From: Ptychomitrium polyphyllum
Lineage: Eukaryota
Assembly (NCBI GenBank): GCA_973851085.1
Contig: OZ316775.1
Location: forward strand, 9,300,001-9,364,000
Direction of reading: 5' to 3'
DNA: 64,000 nt
Within the stretch, counting starts at the first letter, position 1, and each line of letters opens with the position of its first letter. Positions 21,618 to 34,764 of the stretch are shown in pieces. A program made the translations under genes and the position numbers. Below the pieces are notes generated by a model. The model was given only the letters and a program-made list of their open reading frames with translations. It did not search any database and was not told the origin of the DNA.

Positions 21618-24400
21618 AGTCTAGGTGGTGGCTAAGCCTAAATATACCTACACTTACATAAATTGCCTTCTAATTGACTAATTTTGATGGAGGATTTTAT
21701 AAGAAGGAAGGGAGGTCCAACCTTGGCCCATATCCTGTCATATAAACCTCCTCCTTTGGCTAATTGTTTTTGCATAAGAGGGTTGGAGCCTTTCACCCTT
21801 TAGTTCTTAGGTTGACTCTAAAGCACTAAGATGAATAGGAATCATCTTGAAGCCTTGCGCTACTTTCAAAATGTTGGAATTATCCCACTCCTATCCAACA
21901 TTCCACAATGGCAATTATAAAGATTAAATCTATCTTAACCCAAGTTCCTTGAGCAAGTTAAGAAATGACTAATCCTACCACTAGGTAGTAATGATCCATC
22001 TAACAACATTAACAATACCTACTTAATATTACAATACTTAATGATGGAGTTTTATGGAGTTTATTTAACTAGGTACCTGCATACATTTAAGTTTGCACAT
22101 TTTCCTTCATAGGCAAGAAGCAATAGGAAGACAACCAACTAAAAAATATTTGCGTGAGAATCACCTCATGCTTGTTTTTTTTCCAATTGGAGCTATACAA
22201 AACGACTCGGGGTGAAATGGACCCTTTTTGTTCTTTGAGGGTGCAACTAGGGAATTACTCACTACTAAGTTAACAACAATGGTTTACTAGACAAAAATCA
22301 TTCATTTTATATGAAATTCCACAATCACTGTGAAGAATTTGTATTTGGTTGCATCTCTACCCAATCTATCATACCAAGTCATACCGAGTCTTAATCTAAT
22401 ACATTCCTAATTCTAATCATAACACTGCTAAGCATTCATCATTCAGACATGGCTATCCTCCATTCCTCCATCATTCATTTTCTAACTAGAAGATTCAAAA
22501 ATTTTATGGCAAAGCATACATGCACGTCCAGGCAAGCATCTACATCCATTAAATATTACATACCAAGCAAAATATAACCAAATCTATATATTCATATAAA
22601 ATAAAAAATTCTTTCAAAGAAGTTGGTACTTAACTTTAAGCAGTGTTTCAATTTTCTATGTTGTCTTTCTTTATGATTTTTAATTGTTAGATTTTTATTG
22701 CCTTCAATTACAATTGTAGATACCAAAGAACATACTCCCAAAAGACGCACTAAAATGTGAACTAAAGAAAACCTCCAGTATTTGGAGGACTTACTAATTT
22801 ATACATTCTTATACATGTATGTAATGTGTAAAACTTGTGTTGTAGTTTATACAAAAGACATCTTATTCAATCTAATTTTTTATCTTAATACATAGTATAA
22901 AGCCGTATGAGCAATTCCACCGATGTGGATGAGAAAAACTATAGGGTTGGATCAATTGAGAGTCAAGATCCTAAATGCCTCTAAACAATGCATACTCTAA
23001 TCTAACAAGGTGAAAACATTCATACATGCATACACTTGTAGGAACAACATACATATATAATTAACATTACAAAAAAAAAATGACCCTAGTCAATAACTTC
23101 ACCTAGTAGAGACAGCTAGACTCCTTTGCACTTTGGCTAGCTAGATAGCTAGACAGCTATCTTCTTTGTCGTTACCCAAAATCCTCAAAGCCAAGTTTTT
23201 TAAGAAGCTAGCTTGATAGTGCTTGTTCTTTCCAAAATTTAGACCTTGATTTGACTCTAGCTCTAAGGTTTGGCCCTCCAATATTGGTACTTCAATATTG
23301 TGTTGGCAGTGGACTTCTTTGCACTTCAGCAATTGTATTTTCTTTGTCCTTTGGCCAAATTATACAAGACTTAGCTTTCTAGAATCCTTATTGTATCCAC
23401 TATATTTCACTTTCAAATCCCTTCTTACTCTAATTATAGTTGCGATTCTAAGCTACAACCTTCTTCTTCCTAGCTCTAATTCTATCTACTTATCTACTTC
23501 AAAAATTTCCATAACTACACCAAATCCAACTATTAACATCTAACTCTTCTTTGCTCATAATTAACTTTTATTTGCTAAAAATTAAATGTGTCAACTAACT
23601 CCAAAACTTATTTTCAAAACCTAACTTTAAATATCTAACTTCAAACCTTAACTTCAAAACCTAACTTTAGAACTTAATTTTCCTTTGCTCAAATGACTAA
23701 GTGGTGTGCTCAAAATCAACTTTAATTTACTCAAAAAAAACACACTTCCTTTGGCTTCGTTACTTCCTTTATTATTAGGAACTTCACTACCCTTTTCCAA
23801 TTCCATCAGCTGCTGAAATTTTAAGGCCGCTTAATTCTAATCCATACTTTGATCTTCTTTTAAATATAGCTATTGTTTTAAACTTAGCCACTATTTTGAA
23901 TTTAACTAATATTCTAGATTTTAGCTATTAATCTAAATGTAGCTATAATTTTAAATTTAGTTGATGTTCTAAATTTAAGTATATTCCTAGATTTTAACCA
24001 TTATTTTAAAATTAATTGATATATTAAATTTAGCTAATATCTAGATTCTAATTATTCTTATAAATTTAGCTGTAGTTCTAATTTTGAATTATTTTAGATT
24101 TCAGCAGCTAATCTAAATTTAATTGTTATTTTATTTTTAGCTACTATCCTAAATTTAACTAATGTTTCTAAGCTTAAATTTCTATTTTAATTTTAACTAC
24201 TATTCTAATCAGCTATAATTCTTTACCTAATTATCTCACCTCCTACATGCCTAATTTTGGGAACTTATTCTTCTTTCTCTAATTCTCTCTATTTATTGGA
24301 CTTAACAATCATAGGGCATAAATATTTGTTCAAATTACACTAAGATCTCCTTAAAGATCAACTACATCCCTCTTTTGGCCCTAATGAGGCCTACTTCTAT
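21618..24400. mobile_element. Highly decayed retroelement-like sequence (possible gag remnant on -), including degenerate ~21-bp tandem repeats at about 23875-24210
   Basis: Abrupt break in element 2 at about 21617. AAATTTAGCTA-type tandem units and a weak zinc-knuckle-like KCKEVH on - near 23320. Confidence 0.4.
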
Positions 24401-24569
24401 CTACAAGATATCACTTTTTAGTAATTTTTAAGAAAAAATAATAATAATGTACTAAATCCATAGCTTATTTTTTTATGTGTTATATTTATAAAATACAATT
24501 AATTTTTCATAGTTTTTTGTAGATAAAGCAATAAGGTTTGAACTTCAATAAATGTAAATAAATAGAATT

Positions 24570-24990
24570 CTTGATAGAGCTTGGTAGCTTAATTAAACCA
24601 GCCAAAAAACACTTAAAAATCCACACATAATAATGTACAAGCACTTAAATTGCATACAATAACCACCTTGCATATAATCTATATTATTTAAATATTTCTT
24701 TCCAAAACACCTACGAATTTATATACTTCCTTTTATTACTACCATGCATAAGAAACAAACTATCATTAATGGTGATTATTAGGTAATTATGAATATTCTA
24801 TTTTTAGTGGTAATATATGAGTATGGTTTTTCATAAAAATAGAAATGATCAAAAGGTTGAAATACTTGATAAAAGAATTTGGTTTTTAATAGTTCAAAGA
24901 TGAGCATCTTTTCAAGTGGAGAAGAGAGATTGGCAAATCTTTGATATATGATAAAAGATTAATTTGGACTTTCCTAACACATGTCTTTTA
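24570..24990. repeat. AT-rich dispersed repeat, copy 2
   Basis: Same orientation as, and colinear with, 3905-4330. Confidence 0.7.
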
Positions 24991-26633
24991 AACCCAAAAA
25001 AAAGATAAATTTTGAAATATATTAGTAATGTAGGTAAAAGCTTCTTATATATTATTTATAAACTACAAAACTAATAAAGGACATTAATTCCAAGCATCTT
25101 TTGGAATACAATCTATTCCAAATAACTAAGGCTCTTTTGAATAAAAGTAGAAATAATTTGAGTGATATATAACACAAATATATGGAAAAAGAAATTCTCA
25201 AAAATATCAATGAAGATGTCAAGAATTTATGGAAATTTTTTCACAAGTATCTAGCCACTTACATTGTGCTACATTAGCAAGACTCTCCATGGAAGAGAAC
25301 ATGGATCATAGGACCAATGAAGGATGATAATCTAATGCTCTTTTCAAGATGTAATTCTTTAGATGTTCCTATACTCAAGTCCATTGATATTTTGCTGATA
25401 ATACTATTATAACAAGGGGATAAACAAAATAAACTCCAACATTATGAATTTCAATATATGCACATTTCTACTCTTTTAAACAACCAAAATATGTTAAGAT
25501 CTACTCTAAAATCCAAAAAAATCCAAAAAGACAAGCAAAAGGTTATGGTGGATGGACTTGGATCTCTCTTTCTGTGTCTAGAAAGGCTCTTGGAAAATGC
25601 ATCACGGAGCAACATACATGCGCTGTGGGGATTTCTCTGAAAAGAGAGATTCCTCTTTAATCATTCTTCTTTCACTCAATGATTCCGTTTTATTACCTGC
25701 CCTCTGAACCACTTGCGCCGGGATGGTCCGTGTAAACAGGGCTTGAACTGCAACAACGACCGGCAAGCCACGGTACTTCATATAACTGCGACAATCTAGG
25801 AGCCGTCTGGGATCGGCACGCGCATGGGCAGTGGCTAATTCCTGCCCGACTCCTCCGGAACGCACGCCTAAGACCGCGGCTGCACCAAAAACCAACAATA
25901 TCTATGGTCGTCATACACTTCAAACTGTATCAATTTTGTTATATCTTTACAGAACGGGTTTGTTGCTTGTCATAAATACATGACCATTTACGAAACACAT
26001 ATCCTCCAAAAAGTAGTATGTGCAGTTGCGGTAGATGCTGTCGATTTTGCGTACAGCACGCCACGGGTATGCATCGCCTCCGATAGCGAATATTGGAAAT
26101 CCCAAACCCGAGGTTTAATGTTTAGGTCAGGATGGTGTTTTCGAAACATTCTCCGAGACACACTTGCGCTTCGTTTTGCAGAGGTCCAAGCGTACTAGGG
26201 TTTGAGGTCTGACGTTCTGCCGTTGCCGCAGGACTAATCGGTACGCACCTTCTCTCTCCGCAGTTTCCATGATGTGGATTTTCTTCTGGGTCTGTCCTCG
26301 CAAGTTGTGAGAACTTTTCTTGTAGCGGGCTTCAATATTTGGTTCTTGAGGTTGCCCGTTGCTGTTGTAGGGAGGATTAGTGGTGTTAGGGTGCTGTGAA
26401 ATCCACTGTGAGATGCATCTGTTATATCGGGCTTCTATGGTTTTGCTGAATGAGAGGCTTTTACAGTTTGTAATTGCACGCAAGGTTGGGGTTTTGCATG
26501 TGTGATATGGTTTCTTAGTGGAATGAGGAAGGCACTCTGGTTGAAGCTGTTTGATGATGTCGGGGTGTTGATGTTTCTTGGTTTGAGAGAATTCGTGAGT
26601 TGGTTGGAGGTTGGTCTCTTGCAGGAAGTTGCC

Positions 26634-26840
26634 ATGGCGTCGGAAGAGATCGGAAAGACGCCTGAGTGGGTGGTGGGGAGGCAGAGAGCGCTACAAAGTG
26701 TTCACAAGATGGTTCATTTGAAGGGTCCCCGCGACAAGATCATTTCCGTGATCATCCCTGGAGCCTTGGCTGCTACCGGGCTCACTCTCATGGGTCGCGG
26801 AGTGTACAACTTGGCGACAGGGAAGGGTTTAATTGAATGA
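26634..26840 (+). CDS. COX7a: Cytochrome c oxidase subunit VIIa-like protein (68 aa)
   Basis: MASEEIGKTPEWVVGRQRALQSVHKMVHLKGPRDKIISVIIPGALAATG...GVYNLATGKG matches the plant COX7a pattern (Q.....LKGP.DKI.SV.IP.ALAA) with one TM helix. A probable 5'UTR intron acceptor lies at 26624. Confidence 0.85.
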   Translation: MASEEIGKTPEWVVGRQRALQSVHKMVHLKGPRDKIISVIIPGALAATGLTLMGRGVYNLATGKGLIE

Positions 26841-27129
26841 GGTTACTTCAGAGGGAGCTCAATTAAAGGTGGTGGATGTTTTGAGCATCATGGAGTAGTA
26901 GTATACATTGCTAATAAGAACTGTGTATATGCGAGTGCGGTGCTGCATCTCGTCTCTGGACTGATAGAAATTTTACGAATGAAAAAGGGGTTAAATTTTT
27001 GCATATACTGTAAGTACTACGTGCATGTTGTTTACAGGAGTTTTCTTAGGATAATGGATTTTGCGTGTCCATGCAGTTTGTCTTCGACATCGCTGTGTTT
27101 GATTTGTTGGATTAATGATGTCACTTGAT

Positions 27130-27905
27130 TTTGGATCACTTTTTTCCACTCGGATTTTGTACTTCATGATTTGAGTCTTGGGTCGAAGTCTGTGGCTATC
27201 TGAAGCATTTGCAGTGGATCTTGATATTTTTCACCGTGCCGGACTTAAGGTTCAATGCAGTTTCCGAGCCTTTGGATATCCAAGACCTGTGAGGTTATTT
27301 CGTAGCTTAACATTGAGTTTTATGCCCTTCTTATTAACATCATGGTGTACATTATCATGATGTCCTGATGATAGGGCTTGAATTCTTCAACAATTCCCTC
27401 CTCCATTGCCTGCTCGCTGGCATCGAGAGGCCTAATGCGTTGACACATTTTTATCATTGTTAAGTCCCTGTTTGTGTTGTGTACAGAGGAGTTCGCTTGG
27501 ACTGATGGGTGTTTTTGTGTTCTTGCAGTTTGTCGTCGATGTATTTTTTAGTTGTTAGGTTGATGTTTTCAGCGAATTTTGGATCTCTCTAGGGTCTTAT
27601 GTTTTATGTTTGGAGGCTTGGATCGTAGTCTGTGGCCACCTTTATCGTTCTTAGGCTTTTCTCTGGTACATCCGCCGTGGGTTTTTGAAGTTCTCGATGC
27701 TGCGATTGAGAGTTGATTCATCCTCTGAGTTTTGTTGGTGTTCAAAACTTTGTTATTTTATTTCATGGCTTGATTTAACGCCTTCTTTTAACATGATAGT
27801 GTGTAATATCATGATGTTGTAATGATAAGGCTTGAGTTTTTCAACAATTCCCTCCATTGCCTGATTGCTGACATTTAGAGGCCTAATCCGTTTACATATT
27901 TTCTA
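27130..27905. repeat. Diverged tandem duplication (about 450-bp period) downstream of COX7a
   Basis: GTCTGTGGC, ATCATGATGT, TTCAACAATTCCC and AGAGGCCTAAT recur at offsets of about 440-456 nt. Confidence 0.75.
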
Positions 27906-29005
27906 TCCTAAATGACTATGTTTTACTTTTCTGGCGTGAAACGTTTGGAGATGAGAATACTTTCCCTAGACGATTGACTCTGATTCTAACAAGTGCTAAT
28001 CAGCTCATATCTCATGTGATAGTTAGCCCGCTAATCTGAGTGAGCACTTCCTCTACTGTAATTCTTGACAGCAAAGCTAAATCCAGGTTGATAATTTTTT
28101 TGCGCAGTGACCGCCTAGAGGTTCGTCTTGCAGTGATTAGTCATTCCTTGCAGCCAAGTGATGTGACCTATCAGGTCGACCATGATGCGGACAGATTGGC
28201 ATTGCCATATCTGATAATTGGTTGCTGATGGCTAAGCATGCGTATTCTGTAGGGAATTCGAACGAGTTACTATTTTTATCAGTACTAAATTATTATGAGG
28301 CAATATATTTCTATTGTCGAATTGGTGGTTTCCTTGGCAGCTCTCCATTTTCTTATCTTGAAGTCATACTGTATAAACATTGTTTGCACCCAATAAACTG
28401 ATTATATACTGGACAGTACTCTGCCAGTTTCGTATGAGATGGTGCTACAATAGACGGTTACCCGATTGGTACATATTGTACATGCTGGTTGTGTCGCTTT
28501 CAAATAGGTGGACAAATGTATCAAGTTGATTTCTCGTTTTCTTTTTTCCGAGGCAGTCTGAACATGGTAGTTAGTCGTACTTGGTAGAACATACCTGTCC
28601 TGAGTTGCCAAGAAGTGAGATCATTGGTCTTCAGTAATTGCGTTTTGACTTTCAGATCTGTAGTTGTGTATGCACTATAGTATTGTCTTCAGTGTGCGCA
28701 ACGGTTATATTAACCCGTTGGTGAGAGTTTCTGAATTGGCAAACCCAAAGAAACTACTACATAATGTCAGCTCATAAACTGATATACTCTTTTTCGTGAA
28801 GTAGTTAGAATCAAACTGAGAATGTTCTGTGCGGGGACATTATACCAACGGTTGGAAAGCCATTCTGATATAACGGGAAGGCAGTAACAGAACATATACC
28901 ATGTTCCCAGTGAGAGAAATATGCAATATTGAAAATATAAGGTTCAATCGTCTATTCTAAGTTTATATATGTGCAGCTTATAAAACACAATTTAGTCATA
29001 TTGAA

Positions 29006-29077
29006 GCGTTTGTAGTCCAACGGTTAGGATAATTGCCTTCCAAGCAATGGACCCGGGTTCGACTCCCGGCAGACGCA
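29006..29077 (+). tRNA. tRNA-Gly(TCC)
   Basis: Acceptor stem GCGTTTG/CAGACGC + A; anticodon arm ATTGC-CTTCCAA-GCAAT; T-arm GGTTCGACTCCC. TATA-like TTATAAAA about 25 nt upstream. Confidence 0.96.
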
Positions 29078-29094
29078 GCTGGAATAGCTCAGTT

Positions 29095-29127
<33 letters not shown>

Positions 29128-29151
29128 GAGGTTCGACCCCTCCTTCTAGCG
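29078..29151 (+). tRNA. tRNA-Asn(GTT)
   Basis: Acceptor stem GCTGGAA/TTCTAGC + G; D-arm GCTC...GAGC; anticodon arm TGTGG-CTGTTAA-CCACA; T-arm GGTTCGACCCC. Confidence 0.96.
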
Positions 29152-29164
29152 ACAACTTGATCTC

Positions 29165-29168
29165 TTTT
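29165..29168 (+). terminator. Pol III oligo-T terminator shared by the tRNA pair
   Basis: First T4 run downstream of the pair, 13 nt after tRNA-Asn. There is none between the two genes. Confidence 0.6.
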
Positions 29169-30340
29169 GAAGGCAGATGTATTGTGTGTAGCAACGAATG
29201 TTGAAATGAGAATCTCACCATGACGACCTGCACATCAGTCATTTACGCTGTATCCTTGCAGTGCACCAATGCATTGACAATCAGACGTAACACCTGCGTG
29301 CTATTTTTCTAAGACCTGGCACAGTTTCAAAGCCATGCAGCTAGTAGCTACTGTAAAAATTAATCTCAATTGGACATGAGTAGGTTCAAAAGAGGAGGAA
29401 AGAGTCAACTGCTATTTCCAACGGAACAAGTACGGCCATGCACACGTGTGTGAATGCATCGCACCCTCAGTCACATGTTGTCCTCATGACATGGATGGAT
29501 ACACCAACCGACAAATTTCAAAGAATGATAATATGTTATATGTGTCCCATGCTTGTATACTCAAGCAACAAGTACCAGAATTGAAGATTCAATAAGGCGG
29601 ACGATAATGAAAATTGAAGGGGTTACTGCTAATAACATCCAGTAAACTCGCTAATGCACATGGAACTCAGGAGTAACTATGATGTTCACCATTGATAACG
29701 GTGACCCTCGATCGACTCTCAAAGTCAAAGAAGACAATGCACAAGAAAATGACCTTTAATGGTATAAAACGTAGAACGCTCATTCTTCATCTTGAGACAC
29801 TACTGAACCACACATCAACATGGTCTAGTTATAAAAATGACACACTTACATGGACAACTCAAAAATAAAAAAACAAACTTGCTCCCTCACTAATCAGCAT
29901 TAAAAAATCGGACTACATTCAGCGGGTAAGACAAAATGTTGCTTTCCATCCTACCATGATTAACAACGTTTCAGAATCCCAAGTCTTACTGAAAAGCAGA
30001 AGTCCATGCAGCTGACAAACGAGCAGAATGAGAAACAACTCTCAGTGAAAAAGGCGACGAGAAGTTCTATCCAGAACCATTTCATGCACTCCACCAGCAT
30101 GGTCAGTATTTAGCTTACAAATGGCGCTGAAGGTTTTAGAAAAGAAAACTGTCCAAGCAGTGAAATATATTTAGTGAGAACTTGACAATAGGTCCCCTTT
30201 AACGTCGACGTCGTCAATCTACAAAACAAACAACGGAAGTCTAGGTCTCTTCGTTCACAAGTCCCGTCTTCCAAGAGGTGATGACGCTCATACCAGACCG
30301 TGCAAACCCTAACCAACAACCAGCGTGCGGCCGATCTCCC

Positions 30341-30856
30341 CTAGTCCTCATGATGAGGATCCTCCACGACTCCTTGGCTCTTCGACGTCGTCTCCTCGAG
30401 CGCCAAGGCTACGAGCTTCTCGAACGCCTCGGGCCCATTCACCTCCACATACTTCGACACCGCTGTGCGCGTGTCGGGGCTGATGGTCCCCAGAAACTTG
30501 CGCTGCCCGTCGGAAAGCTTGGACGACTCGGGCACGATCCCCGTCGCAGCGTAAAAATGAGGACGAACGTAAGTCTCGTACAGGATGATCCCGCCGCGGA
30601 ACTGCGGCAGCACCAGCCACGCTGCTACAGCCAGCTTGATGGTGGAGTAGAGCGGGATCCATCGGAACACGGGCGCAGCTGCCATCTCCAGCAGTGACAC
30701 GAACGAGTACAGCACCCAGTACGTCAACCATTGCTGGTCGTCCTCCTTGAACGGGCTCTCGATCGCCATCACCGACGCGTACAACGGATACAGCAGCATC
30801 ACTATGGGCCCCGCGAGCGCATTCGACTTGGACAGCAGCGCCCAAAACCACCCCAT
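30341..30856 (-). CDS. HVA22: HVA22-like protein (TB2/DP1/HVA22 family), intronless
   Basis: GPIVMLLYPLYASVMAIESPFKEDDQQWLTYWVLYS...WIPLYSTIKL...WLVLPQFRG. Confidence 0.95.
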   Translation of the reverse strand: MGWFWALLSKSNALAGPIVMLLYPLYASVMAIESPFKEDDQQWLTYWVLYSFVSLLEMAAAPVFRWIPLYSTIKLAVAAWLVLPQFRGGIILYETYVRPHFYAATGIVPESSKLSDGQRKFLGTISPDTRTAVSKYVEVNGPEAFEKLVALALEETTSKSQGVVEDPHHED

Positions 30857-31179
30857 CGTGCAAATGTTCTCTCGCTCTCTCTCTCACCCACACAAGCTAA
30901 AACCCTGCTTCCAACCAAAGCGCACAAGCTGCACAGGCTCCACAGCCGCTCGCGAGTGCACACTGCGGTTTGCTCACAGAGTTTGAAGCGCACAGCGCAG
31001 CCCCTGGGTCGCCTTCACTGCCCTTGCTGTGCTCGTTTGGGTGGGTTTTTGGGCCCCTTGCAGGCGTGGCCTCTGTTATTAGGGCCTGCTGTGTGCCCAC
31101 CCCTGCCCCTCTGGGGGTGGCCGTGCTCTCTACCGCTGGTCGCCCCCTCACCCTCTTGCTGCCTTGACTACTCTGATTT

Positions 31180-31355
31180 GAATATTTGAGGGTGATCCCC
31201 CTTTCCATGAGCACATTCCGCAATGCTCCCGTTGTTGCACTGTAATTCTTTGGTTCCCATTCTTGGTCACTATCAAGGTGAATGAGCACCCAGTACGTCA
31301 ACCAATGCAACAAAAAGTGGTCATTTGTAATGGGCTTCAACGCATTAACCATCAA
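31180..31355 (-). pseudogene. Degraded HVA22 relic
   Basis: HWLTYWVL...WEPKNYSA...GITLKY. 20-nt exact identity between 31285-31304 and 30711-30730. Confidence 0.5.
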
Positions 31356-33745
31356 CAAAATGAAATTAAGCAATATATCTTTTATTCAATATATCTTTTA
31401 TTGAATGGTTGGAAATAGAGGTCTTTGCTTAGTTCCATTCCATCCATTCAATTGAATTTGATTTGATGGTTTAAAGGAACTTTTTAGATTTGTTTAAAAG
31501 TTCACTTTGTAATAAATCTATTATCCATACGTATTCAATCATACTCATACAAAATTTAAATTCCTAATCATTTCATTTTCACCAATCAAAATCTTGCTTA
31601 TATTATTCACAAGAATTCATCCAAAATTCTTTCAAATTGTTGTAACAAGACTTGTAAAGAAGGATTAACCATCATGGATAACAACAAAAAATCCTACCTT
31701 AAAATTGTGACAAAGTTACCATCTTTTGATGTTTAGTAAATTAATCAATTATCTAATTAACTAACTTTAGAAACCCCAACATAATTCCTTATTCCAAAAC
31801 TTCTAAAATATCATGTTTTTTCCACTAATGAGTTTTATGACAATATTCAAAACTAAATTGTTAAAATTTATTTTTATAAGTTTCTAAATATCAAAAAAGG
31901 GTTAAAAACTCCTAAAACACGTAATTATTTTCTTAAAGAATTATTTAATCTCAAAACTTCTACCCAATTGTGTTCAAAAGAATGAAAGCCTATAATATAA
32001 CATCCAACTTTTAGAGTTCCTTCCAAAAATATAAAAACACTTCCTATACATTTTTTTTACTTTTTTTTACTTCTATGCTTGTCAATGCCCATGAAAGAGG
32101 CCCTAGCAATCACATTATAGGACGCTAATGTATGAGTCTATGCTCACCCTTCATGTACTCACCATATATTCGAATCCCCTCAGAGACAGCACATGCACAC
32201 CTCTTGTGCTTACAACCTGGGTGGCCTCACCCATACAACCGCTAATGCACTCTACACTGCAGGGTGTGTCCACCTTTAGGAGAGTACATAAATCCAGACC
32301 ATTCTCTTTGTGCCAACGTCCTGACTCTTGACCCTCAGGCTACAAACCTCCCTAAGGACTGTAAGACCTTGGCCGAAGTATAAGCTAAGGGATTCAAAGC
32401 AGTTTCAAATGCCAATTGCACCGGTTTTTGTCTTGGGAATATCGTCTGGATTCCATGTCAAGACTGACTTTCAGCATCTCAACAACTTTTTGAGGCTGGT
32501 GGCGCTTGAAGTTAGTAACAGAGGAGGCAGCAAGGCTTCAAACTCTGGACTCTTCCAAGAACACAGTGCACCGTAACATTATAGAATATCGTGACCAACA
32601 GTACAATACAGTTAGTGAAAGAGTCTACCTTTTGGTTCAGAGTACCTTCGTACTCTGTTGTAGTTCAGATTAGTAGGTAATCACGGGTGGAGTTTCCAGG
32701 TCTCAGTAGCAGCAGAGAGATTGCTATCCTGACGAAAGAAGTTCACCTAGACAGAGGTTGCTCGCAGGTCCTGGTTGCTTCAGTTTAATAAGAATCTATT
32801 CCTGCAATGTGATAAGATATGATGGAGTGACGCCCAAAGCTGACATTTAGGACATCTCAAAAACCAAGCAGATTTCCCAAAGTCGAGACTAGTTATTCAT
32901 GATAAGCCCCCCATATCCTTGGCAACTCTCTCGTAGGGGCAGGATGAAGCTTAGATACTTGAAAGCATGTGCCTTCATATTCAAGTGAATGTTTACGACA
33001 GAAGGTACTCATTAGAATATTTCAAGTACTGACAAGATTTTCTCCACCCTAGACACAGTTATTGCACTACGGACAGGATAATTAACTTTCAGACAGGTAA
33101 ATAAAATCAAATTCACAAATTTTCATAAATAATATCTGATAAATCCACTGTACCGTATACGAGCTTCAGATTACTGTTAGATACCTCGGGTGAGATGTTG
33201 ACAAGATTCAGATTTACCTTCAGTCATCTGCTCAGTAAAAGCTAAAAGCAAGTCTCGGTACACTTCCCCAATAAAAGACAGAAATGATCGCAATCATTCG
33301 TACTCTTAAATCCCAATCCAAGTAGGGGTGCATTCTATAAGTGGCGTTTTCTGAAACTTCACAACGTCAGTGCACTTTCTGCACGAAACTTCCATTGTCA
33401 TCACCCCTTGAAGCACAAACGACGCTCGACGACAACAAAACAGATCTATGAGCAAGACAACGAAAGCAGAAGTAAAGCCTCATCGTCATGGTCAAATGTT
33501 AGTATGTCAATAATACTACAAGTGCCACTCAGAGTATCTAAAGAGTCACACGAACGGCAATTTCAAGCGAAGGTCATTCCGACTCATATACATGAGCTGA
33601 CATAATAAACTTGCCATCTCTACAAAACTCGACCACAAAGTCACCGAACTTCAAATAACCAACTCCGTCTACAATATCTCTAAAAATGCAACGTCACAAC
33701 CAACATCGCACAAATCCACATCCCCGTTCCAGACCTAGCCCACTC

Positions 33746-34267
33746 CTAGTCTGAGTCTGAACTAGAACCATCATGCTGCTTCTTCTCTTTACTCTCCTCT
33801 ACTTTCAGGTTCTCGGTGGCCAGTCTCATGAGCTCATCAAAACTACCCGCTCCATTCTCATTAATAAACGCAGCAACCGAAGCCTGCGCGTCAGCGCTGA
33901 TGGAACCCAAATACTTCCGCTGTCCGTCTGTCAGCTTCTGGTCCGTGCCTCCGGTGGACGCGTTCAAGTAAGGACTAACAAACTTCTCATACAAAATGAT
34001 CCCACCTCGAAACTGAGGCAACACTAGCCACGACGCGATTATCAGCTTGGCGGTCGAGTAAAACGGGATCCACGCAATTACCGGTCCTGCTGCCATCTCC
34101 ATGAGCGACACCAGCGAGTACAACACCCAGTACGTCAACCATTGCTGGTCATCTTCCTTATAGGGGCTCTCTATCGCCATGATCGACGCATACAACGGAT
34201 ACAGCAGCATCATCACCGGCCCGGCCAAGGCATACCACCGCACCACTGCCGTCCATAGCCACCCCAT
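33746..34267 (-). CDS. HVA22: HVA22-like protein, second intronless paralog
   Basis: MGWLWTAVVRWYALAGPVMMLLYPLYASIMAIESPYKEDDQQWLTYWVLYS...; ATG at 34267. Confidence 0.95.
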   Translation of the reverse strand: MGWLWTAVVRWYALAGPVMMLLYPLYASIMAIESPYKEDDQQWLTYWVLYSLVSLMEMAAGPVIAWIPFYSTAKLIIASWLVLPQFRGGIILYEKFVSPYLNASTGGTDQKLTDGQRKYLGSISADAQASVAAFINENGAGSFDELMRLATENLKVEESKEKKQHDGSSSDSD

Positions 34268-34764
34268 CTTGGAACCTCCGCCCAAACCCAAACCCTGGTA
34301 CTCTCACAACTTAAGAAGAAAGTCCCAACCGTAGACAGAACCCAATTCTAAATTCTAACGAAAGCAGAAGAAAGAGCGAGAGAGAAGTGTGTGAAGACCG
34401 ACGAAACCGAGGCGGCAGTAGTGTGGAGTACTGTAGTACACCTGAGCGCCCAAGGGAGGTAAGCAGCGACGCAATGAGACACGAAACAGCGACCAACCCA
34501 AGTGAGAGAAAAAAGGGGGAAGCTCGAAAGACCTTCCAGCCACCGATTTGCGGATCCGCAACAAATGCACCCGGAAAGGCGATGATCCGGCAACGCGGCG
34601 GAGTCGTCGGGGCGAGCTTGCTACAAGCATGCCGGTGAGACATACAGCACGGTCACAGGGTGTGCTACTAACCTAGTGCACCCTATACCCAATTCTATAA
34701 CATTTATGTAGACTTGACCCTAACGGCCATAGGGTTTCAAGTGACGAATATTAGGAGAGACGGG

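Noticed and set aside
23875..24210. Periodic AT-rich units resembling a CRISPR-like array
   Set aside because: Degenerate contiguous tandem repeats without unique spacers, in a eukaryotic retroelement context.
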